From the IMG/VR virus record IMGVR_UViG_3300020450_000018, positions 8,177 through 72,176 of that record: 64,000 nucleotides of DNA, one strand, 5' to 3'. The first letter of the stretch is position 1. Each line of letters opens with the position of its first letter. Shown one piece after another: positions 50,171 to 59,708 of the stretch. This DNA comes from a virus. The notes below the pieces were generated by a model that had not been told where the DNA came from, did no database searches, and was given only the letters and a program-made list of their open reading frames with translations. The position numbers were made by a program, and so were the translations under genes.

Positions 50171-51967
50171 TTACTCTTTGAATGCGGTGAACGATGAATT
50201 TGCAACATCAACATCAAGATAAACCTCACGGAGTGCCTTGATATCATTAGAAAGCGGTTTGACTCTAACAGAGATGCGATTGTCAAAGAAACTACCCTTG
50301 ATGATAGTTAGATCATACAATTTAAGTTCACCTTTTTCATATTCAATGTCTCCAACATCACTGTCAAGGACAACCTTTTCGCCAGTTACGCTATCTAGTC
50401 TATATAGGACAATTTTACCATTCCTATCTTCTAGAAAAACGTCAAAGTTGGGATACTCAGTAACTCTAAATCCAGTGCTTGCAAGGACTGGTTCGTCACA
50501 ATCTTTATCAAACTCATTTTGGAAACATAACTCATAATAGAAGGTAGAATTTAAGGAAGGATAAAAATCCTTTCTCATCGTTACCTCAGTCAAATTAGAA
50601 TTGATTGAGATATCTGCATCATCAATCACACCAACCATTTTACTATATCTAAACTTACCATTGAACTTTTCAGTATCACTAGTATCAAGATAAGACTGTA
50701 CACCACCAATAACCTTATCTCTAATCTGTGATGGTGTTTGATCTGTTGCCTGACTATTATAGAAAATTTTACTTGTCAGTTCAACAAAAAGGATTGATGG
50801 ATCTATCAATCGTGGTTCTACAGATGCAACTATAAACTTCTTCAATTCATCTATAATACTCTTTTTCGTAAATGATGTTAGGTAGCTGGCATCCTTCGGT
50901 TTTAACGCAATGAATACCTTTCCATATTCTGGTGGTTCTTGATCTTCTCCACCAAATATAATGATGTCACTAGTTGCTGGATATATTTGGCGAACGATTG
51001 CCTCATAGTCCTGTGCGGTGACTGCACGGTCTTGTGTTCCATATGACTTAGGTGCGGTAAATTTTATCTTAGCAGTGCTTTCAATCTCCTCACCGCCTGC
51101 TGAAGGCGTGGTAGAGGTGATAGATGTGGTGAATGCATTAGGAGATACACCATTAGGGTTCTCAAGAACTCCAGAGAAGACGAATGTACGAACTCCATTA
51201 CTCTCAGGACCTGATGTTGTTAAATATGATACTTCAATACGTGCATTGTTATCAAGTTTCTTACCCAAGACACCATCGCCCATGAGAATCTCATATCTCT
51301 CATCCTCAATCTCATCAAGGAAGAATACTTTTGATGTTGCATCAACACCTAGAATATTATCTGCTACAAGGTATGGTTCACTGAAGCTACCTCCAGTAGG
51401 AAATACCTTTACTCTAATTGTGTTAGTGTCAATATTCTGATTATCAAGAATAAATCTTTGATTTTTTGACGAGGCGTTAACGGTAAAGGTATTGACAAGT
51501 TGTGTCCCCTCCTTTACTTCAATATCAGTAAATGTTGCAACGTCATTGATGACCTGTGCCTTTACATCATCAATTACAACATACTGATATATGTTATTAT
51601 CAAAAGAAGAAATAAATCCTGTTCCTTTCTTTAGGATGAGTTCTGTATCGGTTGTTGAATTTGTATAATTTACGGTAAACGAGACAGATGCTGTAGGAGA
51701 TGTAGCACTCTTGGGTCTGTACCCTAGTTGCTTGGCAATCGCTACTACGTTGTCTCTCAAGGTGGCAGAATCAATGAATAGTTCATTGACTACCATGTTA
51801 GTGTTAAACGCTGTATAGTAGGTGTTATAGGCGAGTGTGTCAATTAAGGTAGATAATGCTGATCCATCAAAATCGTAATCAGTAAAATCTGATTGTGCTC
51901 TCATATATTCTTTGAGAGAAGCTTTGATATCTTCAAAGTCTAAATTGGCAACCTGAGTATAAGGCAT
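50171..51967 (-). CDS. gp6: Baseplate wedge subunit
   Basis: LDFEDIK, DYDFDGS, LAYNTYY, E.FIDSATLR, QDRAVT..DYE, PPEYGKVFI. Confidence 0.95.
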   Translation of the reverse strand: MPYTQVANLDFEDIKASLKEYMRAQSDFTDYDFDGSALSTLIDTLAYNTYYTAFNTNMVVNELFIDSATLRDNVVAIAKQLGYRPKSATSPTASVSFTVNYTNSTTDTELILKKGTGFISSFDNNIYQYVVIDDVKAQVINDVATFTDIEVKEGTQLVNTFTVNASSKNQRFILDNQNIDTNTIRVKVFPTGGSFSEPYLVADNILGVDATSKVFFLDEIEDERYEILMGDGVLGKKLDNNARIEVSYLTTSGPESNGVRTFVFSGVLENPNGVSPNAFTTSITSTTPSAGGEEIESTAKIKFTAPKSYGTQDRAVTAQDYEAIVRQIYPATSDIIIFGGEDQEPPEYGKVFIALKPKDASYLTSFTKKSIIDELKKFIVASVEPRLIDPSILFVELTSKIFYNSQATDQTPSQIRDKVIGGVQSYLDTSDTEKFNGKFRYSKMVGVIDDADISINSNLTEVTMRKDFYPSLNSTFYYELCFQNEFDKDCDEPVLASTGFRVTEYPNFDVFLEDRNGKIVLYRLDSVTGEKVVLDSDVGDIEYEKGELKLYDLTIIKGSFFDNRISVRVKPLSNDIKALREVYLDVDVANSSFTAFKE

Positions 51968-52359
51968 TATCGTGTACGCTCTAAGATGAACTCTACTCCT
52001 ACTGGTGCGTCTTCCCTTCCAACAATAATATACTGAAGTTGCACATCGTAACCATTATTATCAAAATCTGGTGTACATGTGATTTCTGTTACAGATACTC
52101 TTGGTTCGTAACGATCAATACATTCTCTGATTTCTTGTTTAATAGTACCAGCAGATGCAAAATCTAATGGTTCAAATAATAAATCCTGTACATCACAACC
52201 TAACTCAGGTTGAAATGGTCTTTCACCTTTCCTTGTAAGTAATAAACCAGTGATTGCTTGAACAATCGCAGCTTTATCCTTTACCTGCACCAAATCATTG
52301 GTAACAGGGTGACTTTTAAATGTAACACTCAAATCCTTGAATGTCTGAAAGGAAGGCAT
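51967..52359 (-). CDS. gp25: Baseplate wedge subunit
   Basis: FKDL..TF..HPVTNDL, GERPFQPELG, YEPRV. Confidence 0.93.
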   Translation of the reverse strand: MPSFQTFKDLSVTFKSHPVTNDLVQVKDKAAIVQAITGLLLTRKGERPFQPELGCDVQDLLFEPLDFASAGTIKQEIRECIDRYEPRVSVTEITCTPDFDNNGYDVQLQYIIVGREDAPVGVEFILERTR

Positions 52360-52382
52360 TTAGAGACAGCAATAGGCTGTTT

Positions 52383-52577
52383 TTATTTATCCAGATTATC
52401 CCAATGTTCTTGTCTTGCACTCCATTCATCTAGATATTCTCTCTTTCTTTCCATCTCAAATAATTCTCTGTCATCATTCTTCTTTATCTTATCAGACCAC
52501 TTATCACCATCATACTCTGAGATAAGTTTCTTACCACTCTTCTTAAATTCTTCTGATTTGTCTACTTTAATCACCAT
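52383..52577 (-). CDS. Small hypothetical protein
   Basis: VDKSEEFKKSGKKLISE; late promoter CTAAATA at 52601-52607. Confidence 0.7.
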   Translation of the reverse strand: MVIKVDKSEEFKKSGKKLISEYDGDKWSDKIKKNDDRELFEMERKREYLDEWSARQEHWDNLDK

Positions 52578-52643
52578 TGTCTGTCTCCGTATGTATATTA
52601 TATTTAGACCTTGATCGCGGAAAACACATTCAAGGTCGCGGAA

Positions 52644-53327
52644 TTATGCAAGGAAATCCACGTTCCCAGTTTTTTTACTCTGTTCCTTCTCTTTTGGTGT
52701 TTCCCAAAAATAATCATCCGTATCTCCCAGACGTCCCCAGTCGGTTCCTGACTCTACCTGATATTCTATGGTAGAAACTTTAAAGTCTGGTACTTTTGGT
52801 TCCTGTGGCGTAATAGAGAGGTCATACAGACGTGTCCTGTTGTTAGGATACAATGCAAACTGTCCATTCTGTAACATAATGCAGTTATGACTCTTATGCT
52901 CCTGTGGAACCTCACTCACATTATTATCCACAACATCTGGATTCGCATGATAGTTATCCAAGGTAAACAAATACTGCCCACGCATCAACCCGTGGTCTCT
53001 TGTGCGGATCTCAGCATCCATGGAGGCTACAAAACCCTTATTAATACACATCACACCATAATCCATACAATTCCAAAATTGCAGATTCTCTAGACTCATA
53101 TCGGGCGTCGGCGTTTTCGGTGCTCGGAGAAAAGCACTTATGGGTAGTTTATCAAACATCGCACCATACTCAGGTAGATACGTCTCAAAGTAGAATGCCC
53201 TGCCAGGTATACTCTTCGCAGCTACCCAGACACCCTCCACGAATTCTCCATGACCATCCTGATGATCCCTTAGGTATTCCTTACGCACCCATACCTTCTC
53301 ACATGGTAAATTACAAATCAGATTCAT
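52644..53327 (-). CDS. Conserved cyanophage hypothetical protein
   Basis: LICNLP..KVWVRKEYL, GRAFYFETYLPEYGA, EHKSHN, NGQFALYPNNR; probable start at 53327 (ATGA overlap). Confidence 0.8.
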   Translation of the reverse strand: MNLICNLPCEKVWVRKEYLRDHQDGHGEFVEGVWVAAKSIPGRAFYFETYLPEYGAMFDKLPISAFLRAPKTPTPDMSLENLQFWNCMDYGVMCINKGFVASMDAEIRTRDHGLMRGQYLFTLDNYHANPDVVDNNVSEVPQEHKSHNCIMLQNGQFALYPNNRTRLYDLSITPQEPKVPDFKVSTIEYQVESGTDWGRLGDTDDYFWETPKEKEQSKKTGNVDFLA

Positions 53328-53485
53328 TGCCAACAACCCCTATCCTGTTTTGGATAGTACACCTCCACATATGAGTCGCATCTGGGACAGTGTAGATTTG
53401 TCACAAAGGAATACTCCTCCGTGATATCCCTACAGTCATTGTCACCACCCCAGATGAGTTCTGTGTCGCAATGCCAACACTTCAT
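53324..53485 (-). CDS. 53-aa zinc-ribbon-like protein
   Basis: Manual translation MKCWHCDTELIWGGD...LHCPRCDSYVEVYYPKQDRGCWQ*; two CxxC motifs; ATGA overlaps on both sides. Confidence 0.75.
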   Translation of the reverse strand: MKCWHCDTELIWGGDNDCRDITEEYSFVTNLHCPRCDSYVEVYYPKQDRGCWQ

Positions 53486-53628
53486 TTACCCTGCCCACGG
53501 TAACGCTTACCCTTTGCATTACGAGATGTTGCACCATACTTTGTATGTTTCCCAGAACCCTGTCGGGTCTTCTTGGGTTTAGACTCAATACTGACACCTC
53601 CAGAGATGCCTCCTGTCATTTTTGCCAT
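53482..53628 (-). CDS. 48-aa basic protein
   Basis: MAKMTGGISGGVSIESKPKKTRQGSGKHTKYGATSRNAKGKRYRGQGK*; KKTRQG/YRGQG pattern seen in T4-like cyanophages. Confidence 0.75.
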   Translation of the reverse strand: MAKMTGGISGGVSIESKPKKTRQGSGKHTKYGATSRNAKGKRYRGQGK

Positions 53629-53631
53629 ATT

Positions 53632-53988
53632 CTATAATCTTGATCCAATTAGTATCTTAGCATGTTGGAACGGTCCTGTCAATGGTCTGGGTGAACCTCC
53701 TATAACCAACTGAGTTTGATCACCAGTAACAGCAGGTAACTTCCCATCAATAAAGACAGTCGTGTTCACTGTGGGTTGAATTGTCCTTCCACTCGGTTGG
53801 CAAGGTGGATTCGGTGCACCAGGTACAATATCACATTGATACGGTGTTCCTGCAATAATCTTGAGAGGTTGGTTACCTACCACGACGGATGTTGACACTG
53901 GACTACCTCCAATAGGCGTAGCAGTATAACCACAGGATCCAACAGTTGATGCTGTATCCACCGTATCCTTTGAAGCTAGGTTAGGCAT
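53632..53988 (-). CDS. PAAR-like baseplate spike tip (gp5.4-like)
   Basis: Cys/Pro/Gly-rich; TVFIDGKLPAVTGD matches the PAAR V.I.G.PAA..GD pattern; upstream of gp25. Confidence 0.6.
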   Translation of the reverse strand: MPNLASKDTVDTASTVGSCGYTATPIGGSPVSTSVVVGNQPLKIIAGTPYQCDIVPGAPNPPCQPSGRTIQPTVNTTVFIDGKLPAVTGDQTQLVIGGSPRPLTGPFQHAKILIGSRL

Positions 53989-54211
53989 AACCCTCTTTCT
54001 TTAATTTCTTATAATTGTAACAACTACCTAGAGGAGCGATCTTGGGTTCTTCCTTCTCTACGTGACAATCATCAACGTATGTAGGATGATCGTGCAGAAA
54101 GGGCACATCCTCCTTGGCATGTTGAATTGCTTCAAATGCGTCCTCTGCGTATTCACCAATCTCATGGTGTTTTCTTTCTTGGTCGTGATAACCTACGATA
54201 TAATGTGACAT
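53981..54211 (-). CDS. Hypothetical protein
   Basis: 76-aa His-rich ORF. Confidence 0.65.
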   Translation of the reverse strand: MSHYIVGYHDQERKHHEIGEYAEDAFEAIQHAKEDVPFLHDHPTYVDDCHVEKEEPKIAPLGSCYNYKKLKKEGYA

Positions 54212-54212
54212 G

Positions 54213-54446
54213 TTAGTATGCTACCGATTTTGCAATTTTAACAAAGTCTTCTTTGAGACCTTCCACATTATTATGTAGATAATCTAGGGTCTGTGCGATT
54301 GTCTCGTAATCCTCACCCGTCGGACGCTTGTACATCAACGATGGATTTGCCAGCCTCTCCAAAGTTTTCTCTAGGGTGTTCAATTTCTCTGACTGCCATA
54401 GGAGTGTTCTCTCCAACTCGTTCAATCTCACTGACAACTCTTCCAT
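54213..54446 (-). CDS. Coiled-coil hypothetical protein
   Basis: Probable start MEELSVRL at 54446; overlaps the upstream ORF. Confidence 0.6.
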   Translation of the reverse strand: MEELSVRLNELERTLLWQSEKLNTLEKTLERLANPSLMYKRPTGEDYETIAQTLDYLHNNVEGLKEDFVKIAKSVAY

Positions 54447-54579
54447 TATTTTGATCTCCTGTATGATATGCTTTTGATGCACGATCTTCAAATTGGTCAC
54501 AGAAGCTGTCAAAGTTACTCAACATGTCTTCATAATCTAAACCATCATCTTCAAAGAAATCGTGTGCGACTTTTTTCAT
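54313..54579 (-). CDS. Acidic hypothetical protein
   Basis: 88-aa ORF downstream of late promoter ATAAATA (54639-54645). Confidence 0.6.
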   Translation of the reverse strand: MKKVAHDFFEDDGLDYEDMLSNFDSFCDQFEDRASKAYHTGDQNNGRVVSEIERVGENTPMAVREIEHPRENFGEAGKSIVDVQASDG

Positions 54580-54717
54580 GATTTTTTACCAGAAAAATTT
54601 TTTTGGATTTGAGGTTTTCAAAAAACCATTTTCAAAATTATTTATCGCTCGTCTGGATACTTTTGTAGGTTAGGGAAGTATGCAATTTTCAGATCGCTTG
54701 GCGACCCTTAAGGATAC

Positions 54718-54743
54718 AAAAAAAGGGCATATTACTGCCCTTT
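54718..54743 (-). terminator. Intrinsic terminator ending the early region
   Basis: Minus strand AAAGGGCA-GTAATA-TGCCCTTTTTTT. Confidence 0.85.
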
Positions 54744-54753
54744 CTCTGTCTTT

Positions 54754-54860
54754 CTCTGTGTTATGGGTGCGGTAGAGATTCGGTTTAAAAAGCATGTTCC
54801 GCTGGGGTCGCTTACTCTTGCCTACCGCGATGGGACTTATTGGCATTGCCCAACACAGAG
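54754..54860 (-). ncRNA. Candidate structured RNA element
   Basis: Nested perfect stems CTCTGTGTT/AACACAGAG (9 bp) and GCGGTAG/CTACCGC (7 bp) in a non-coding, GC-richer gap. Confidence 0.4.
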
Positions 54861-54868
54861 CTAGAGGT

Positions 54869-55120
54869 TTACATTTCCTCTAGCATTTCGTTCATTTCAA
54901 CTTGGTTGATCTTTGGATCAGTCCATCTTACACCGTCGCCAGTTGCCTGTATGTCGTATGACTCAAAGATTTCTAGTAAGTGGTCGTAGTCCATAGCAGT
55001 GCGAGCAATATTATATAATCCCTCATCTGCGCCTAACCATAGAGCAGCGTTCCAAGTTTCGTAGTTTGTCCAACCGTTGTACTCTGTGTCGGTTAGTGTT
55101 GTTTGGTAGCAAGTAGTCAT
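54869..55120 (-). CDS. Early hypothetical protein (YNGWTNYETW family)
   Basis: YNGWTNYETWNAALW motif; own promoter module. Confidence 0.8.
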   Translation of the reverse strand: MTTCYQTTLTDTEYNGWTNYETWNAALWLGADEGLYNIARTAMDYDHLLEIFESYDIQATGDGVRWTDPKINQVEMNEMLEEM

Positions 55121-55210
55121 AAGAGAGAAAGAAAGACGTTTGTTTGTTATGTTCTTATTATAGTGGATAGGGCGATCAATGCAACCGCCCGTGTGCCACT
55201 AATTGAACTG

Positions 55211-55453
55211 TCACATGAAGCTGGTTAGGGCGTGTGGTCTATTCTTTTCATATGATAGACTAGTAAGGTAGACGCCCATATGGTCTTGCACCATGTCAAA
55301 AAGTCCCGCCTCGCATGCATCTTTGGTTTTACCCTCGGTAAACCATACGCCCTCTGCATTAAGTGCCTTAAATTCTAAGTCTTTGATTTCTTGCTCTGAC
55401 TTGAACTTAGTGTCAAATTGAATGTCAGTAACGATAAAAGATTTTTTCATGAT
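55211..55453 (-). CDS. Early hypothetical protein
   Basis: ORF; start probably at the internal Met (IMKKSFIV region), exact start uncertain. Confidence 0.65.
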   Translation of the reverse strand: MMKKSFIVTDIQFDTKFKSEQEIKDLEFKALNAEGVWFTEGKTKDACEAGLFDMVQDHMGVYLTSLSYEKNRPHALTSFM

Positions 55454-55617
55454 TAGTGCCTGTCTGAGATGTACCATCTGCCAATAGGTGCTTCAAGTGT
55501 TTTGAAGTCCCTTAGTGCCATTGCGTCAAGTACTGCAATTAAAACAGGATCATTCGCTGCTGTATCGTTCATTAAAACACGTCCCTGATAATAGGGTTTT
55601 AAGTTGTTGTCTGACAT
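55453..55617 (-). CDS. Early hypothetical protein
   Basis: Start MSDNN at 55617 follows the conserved CTTTCTCT leader. Confidence 0.7.
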   Translation of the reverse strand: MSDNNLKPYYQGRVLMNDTAANDPVLIAVLDAMALRDFKTLEAPIGRWYISDRH

Positions 55618-55689
55618 AGAGAAAGTTGTTTTGTTCATGTCTTTATTATAAAGGGTTAGATGTGAGAGGTCAATAGGGTGTGTGACAGT

Positions 55690-55869
55690 TTATAGACTGT
55701 CACGATAATACTCACCCTCTATAACTCTCTTTCCGTTGAGAGCGTACCATACTAACTGAGCATGACCATATTCTAGGGCGAACTCATAGAGTAGATCATA
55801 AGCGAAAGAACCTTGAGAGACTGGTTCTTTAATTGCTTTGTTGGGGACTTCAATAAATTTTTGTATCAT
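55690..55869 (-). CDS. Early hypothetical protein (59 aa)
   Basis: Manual translation MIQKFIEVPNKAIKEPV...GEYYRDSL*; own promoter module. Confidence 0.7.
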   Translation of the reverse strand: MIQKFIEVPNKAIKEPVSQGSFAYDLLYEFALEYGHAQLVWYALNGKRVIEGEYYRDSL

Positions 55870-55949
55870 AGCGAGAGAAAGATTAATTTGCTTATGTACC
55901 TATTATAACCGATAGGTGCGGTGTGTCTCTAGAGACTGTGCCACTAATA

Positions 55950-56126
55950 TTATTGGCACAAGTCCTCAAATTTTTGATGAGCAGACTTCCAGACTGCAGT
56001 CTGTACGCCTACGTGGTTTTCTATTTCTGCGAACATCTCAGGTGTTAATTTGTTAGATGTACAGAAGTCTTCTACTGCTTCATCTAAACATGTTTCTAAT
56101 AATGCTTCGTGATGTAATGTGGACAT
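55950..56126 (-). CDS. Early hypothetical protein (58 aa)
   Basis: Manual translation MSTLHHEALLETCLDEA...KFEDLCQ*; own promoter module. Confidence 0.75.
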   Translation of the reverse strand: MSTLHHEALLETCLDEAVEDFCTSNKLTPEMFAEIENHVGVQTAVWKSAHQKFEDLCQ

Positions 56127-56232
56127 GAGAGAAAGATTAATTTGCTTATGTACCTATTATAGTCGGTATTGGTAGGAATAGGACACCTAGTGGACACTAA
56201 TTAAATTGGCACACTGGGTCAGCTGGATTGCC

Positions 56233-56475
56233 TCAATACTCTGAGACAATCTTTAACCAGTTCCAGACCTCTGCCTTTGTTAGGTATCCTCTGACATCCT
56301 GCCACTCATGGTCGTCATAGTGCAACTGGTCACCCTTCAAGAGAGCGATTTCATATAGTCCATCAGGACCTCCATATGAACCCTCATGACATGCAACGGA
56401 TAGACCGTAACCATTATCGCAATAATATCTGACTACTTTTTCTGGTTTGCGGATTACTCTTTTTGATGTGTACAT
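56233..56475 (-). CDS. Early hypothetical protein
   Basis: NGYGLSV..H.GSYGG..GLYEIA motif; own promoter module. Confidence 0.75.
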   Translation of the reverse strand: MYTSKRVIRKPEKVVRYYCDNGYGLSVACHEGSYGGPDGLYEIALLKGDQLHYDDHEWQDVRGYLTKAEVWNWLKIVSEY

Positions 56476-56528
56476 TTGAGAAAGACTTATTTGTTATGTA
56501 CCTATTATAACCGATAGGTAGGCACTGT

Positions 56529-57138
56529 CTATATGGACTGTGCCACTTCCTCATCTGTCACACGTACCCACTTAATAGGATCGCCAGCTGTTATCTTCCA
56601 TATATCCTGATCACCCTCACGGGGTTGTAATTGTCTAGCGATGCGGTAAGCTGTGTCAATGTCTGCACAATAGACCACACCGTCAGGATCAAATTTGAAC
56701 CATGCAGCTGGTTGCACTGCCCACCCTCTAGGATCAGTCATAATACCACCATGCCTACTGATGCCAGTGTTAATTGTTGTTCGGGGATCTCTTGTTCTTT
56801 GATAGAAACTGTCTCATAGTCCATCTCTTCCCAGTCAAAGTTGTGGTAATCCCATCCGTGCTCTGCCTCATACTTTGCCTCTTCCATGCTCTCAGCTAGG
56901 ACTGTGAAGTATTCCATTTTAGTGCACTTGCGTGTGACGTAGAATTCATGCAACATTACTTAACTCCGTGATCTCTTTTCATTTTGTTAAACCTTCTTGA
57001 CTCATCAGGTGTCATACCACAAAAATAGTTTAAGAGGTTGCCTTCGTACTGATCCGCTAGATCGTCTAGATCCTGACCTATCTTGATCTGATCCTCTTTA
57101 CAAATTGCTTTGTACTGTTCAATGGTTAGTGGTTGCAT
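56529..57138 (-). CDS. Three coupled small early ORFs (56529-56741, 56738-56956, 56956-57138)
   Basis: Overlapping stop/start codons; promoter module upstream at 57160-57219. Confidence 0.65.
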
Positions 57139-57255
57139 GTTTGTTTCTTAATTAATTTAATTATAGCACACGCCATCTCATAAATGGTGGCGTAAGTGGA
57201 CAGTTTCGTAGCTGGACTACCATATGTCCAATTGGGTTCATAGGGTGTGGTAGAA

Positions 57256-58185
57256 TTACCCATTGGTCACCTCCCGTGGCGGTTGCTTGAAATCGCACTT
57301 CATATAGTCTTGGACCTCTGCTACTACATCATCAAATGCATCATCCCAATAGTTACGCGCCTCCTCTAGGAATTCATGCTCACCTAACTTATCAAAGTAA
57401 TTGAACAAATCATTTGCTACATATTCCTCTAAATCCTTGGTTGACATGTTATCAACCATCCGCTCTGTTAGAAACTCCTTGAGTTCAATTAATAGTTCAC
57501 GGTTCATTTACGGGTGCCTCCTTTGATTGTTTGCTTAGGGTATGCACACCGCGGATAATGCGCGGTTGCTTTGAGTGGATTTGCATTGAAGCAAATCTTT
57601 TGTATCTGTTCGGGTGTGAGTCTGTTCATTAGTGTTCAAAAAATAGAGGGTGTTCAGTCTGACAGGGGTCTAGGTCATACTCTGTTTCTGCGTCAATATT
57701 CTGTTTGAGATTTGGGTCATACAGTCTAATTGACAGTTCGGCATCGTCCGCAGTGCCAACCCATCCCTTACGGTCTAGAGCATCGTCAATGATGTTCCAG
57801 ACCTTATGAATTTCCTCATCATTGAGAAATGAGCAAATGTTCCAGTATTTGTCATGCATTACTTCTTATCTCCAAATGTGAAACCGTCAACGAAATCAAC
57901 AACGCCATCAGCGGTGTTAATGAACCATTCCCAATTCTTTTGAAATACGCCGTCAGTGTATGCGTTACAAAATTCGTTGATGATGGCGTTAAGGCGTGAC
58001 TTAGTAGTGTTAGATTGCCAACCGCCGTCAAAGATTGTCACAAATGTGTCACCAACTGTAGCGATGTGGTTACCGTGCAAATAAACGTATGCGTCACGTC
58101 CGAGATGTGTAACCATAGTATTTGAGTAACAGAAATCTGATCTGTTTCTGATACTGTTGTTCATTAGTTGTTCAATTTTACGCAT
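57256..58185 (-). CDS. Four coupled small early ORFs (57256-57507, 57504-57629, 57629-57859, 57859-58185)
   Basis: Overlapping stop/start codons; 57859-58185 carries HGNHIA and GWQSNTTKSRLNA motifs; promoter module at 58213-58271. Confidence 0.65.
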
Positions 58186-58268
58186 GAGAGAAAGAATTGT
58201 TGTTATGTTTATATGATAGTCGCACTAGGTGAAAAATCAACCACCTAGTGGACACTTTGTGAACTGGT

Positions 58269-58412
58269 CTACCGATACTCCCTAACATATAACTCTTTTG
58301 TTATCATGTCATGAAGTTCGGGTGAGATGTCTTCTTTGAGACAGCTGCGTAGGTAATTACTAGACGACGTGCGTACGTCGTCCAGTGTGAAATCTTCCAT
58401 CTGATAATTCAT
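58269..58412 (-). CDS. Early hypothetical protein (47 aa)
   Basis: Manual translation MNYQMEDFTLDDVRT...LYVREYR*. Confidence 0.55.
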   Translation of the reverse strand: MNYQMEDFTLDDVRTSSSNYLRSCLKEDISPELHDMITKELYVREYR

Positions 58413-58915
58413 TATAGATAACCTGCAACTTCACAACCTGGTTCATCATAGAACCATGAGACGGTAAGGTCATCAAACTGTTCACGGATTGCGTGGCATA
58501 CTTCCTCAGGTGGAGCCCATGCAGTCTGAAATTCTACCTCAAATGCGTTAGGCATTTCGCAATCGTCAATCTCCATCTCGTACGCATCCCACTTAGTACC
58601 CCAGTTTTGATTTCTCCAGTTGTACCAGCGGTCATCTTGACGATCTGTAGAGGCAAAGACTAGACCCTCACCCCATCCTCTATCCTTGAGAACTGGTAAT
58701 TCACCTGCCTCACCTTTAGGTTTGTCCCATGAATATTCTTGGACGTCGTTTTCATGTAGAGGTGTGTTCGCCCAGTCTGGTTCGGGTATGAATGCACCGA
58801 ACACTGTTCTAGTGTCATTCTCATCTAATCCTCTTGAAAAGATTTTATGTAGTCTAAGAATTACTGTAGTATCGTTTGAGTAGAATGATACTCTGTTTGT
58901 GCAATGATTAGGCAT
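58412..58915 (-). CDS. YubB/DUF1281-like ferredoxin-fold protein
   Basis: MPNHCTN, WYNWRNQNWGTKWD, FQTAWAPP, YDEPG motifs. Confidence 0.75.
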   Translation of the reverse strand: MPNHCTNRVSFYSNDTTVILRLHKIFSRGLDENDTRTVFGAFIPEPDWANTPLHENDVQEYSWDKPKGEAGELPVLKDRGWGEGLVFASTDRQDDRWYNWRNQNWGTKWDAYEMEIDDCEMPNAFEVEFQTAWAPPEEVCHAIREQFDDLTVSWFYDEPGCEVAGYL

Positions 58916-59065
58916 AAGAGAAAGATTAATTTGCTTATGTGTTTATTATAATGCCCTAGCGGACAATATAGGATAAAAGTAGACACTTATTTAAGTGTCC
59001 ACTGGTCAGCTGGATCCCTCTAGATCCTAGATATCGTCTAGAGGGAAATCCGTCGCGGTTGTATT

Positions 59066-59617
59066 TCATTTTAATTGGATCTCATAATCAATGGACCTTA
59101 TACACCAACCACTAGACGTGGTGATTTCCTCTATTAAGTCATCCTCGTCGCATGCCTCCCACACGCCGAGGTGATCATTTGTGATTTCAATTCGCTCGTC
59201 TTCTGCGGTTTGTTCATAATCAAAATCAAAATCAATGTAATTTACGTTAAAATGCATTACTTTACGTTACTGAAGAATTTGTTAGAGAGTGATTCAAACG
59301 CCTTGGGGTCAATTTGATCAGGTAGACCGACGTCATCAAAGAATTGGATCATGTCTAATAGGACGCAATCCTCATCCGCGGTTAGGTTGTAAGTGTAAAT
59401 GTCTTGTTTCATTTTTGGTACCTCCTTAAGCGAATAATGGTCTCATGTAATCCTTGAATCTCTCGCGCATATCATCGGCAAGGACTTGGATTTGCTCTTT
59501 TGAAAGAATATCCTCTAGTACGGGATTGTCAATAGTGATTTCATCGTAGCATGCTTGAGAGACGCCTTTGTCTGTTAGGTCATACTTGTGAAGTTGTACG
59601 TGTTTAAAAAATGACAT
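59066..59617 (-). CDS. Three small early ORFs (59066-59257, 59257-59412, 59426-59617)
   Basis: Coupled or adjacent ORFs under the promoter module at 59646-59705. Confidence 0.65.
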
Positions 59618-59708
59618 AGTGAGAAAGATTTGTTTGTATACATGTAGTATAAACGCAGAGGATTACAAATGCAATCCTCATTGTGCCAGAAATATTATTG
59701 TCCACTGC

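Noticed and set aside
14310-52359. Numerous 60-150 aa plus-strand ORFs within the structural genes
   Set aside because: Antisense shadows of long minus-strand genes with biased codon usage; no independent signals or recognisable motifs
29026-52646. TAATTCCGCG immediately after stop codons at 29033 and 52644
   Set aside because: Only two instances; cannot be distinguished from chance
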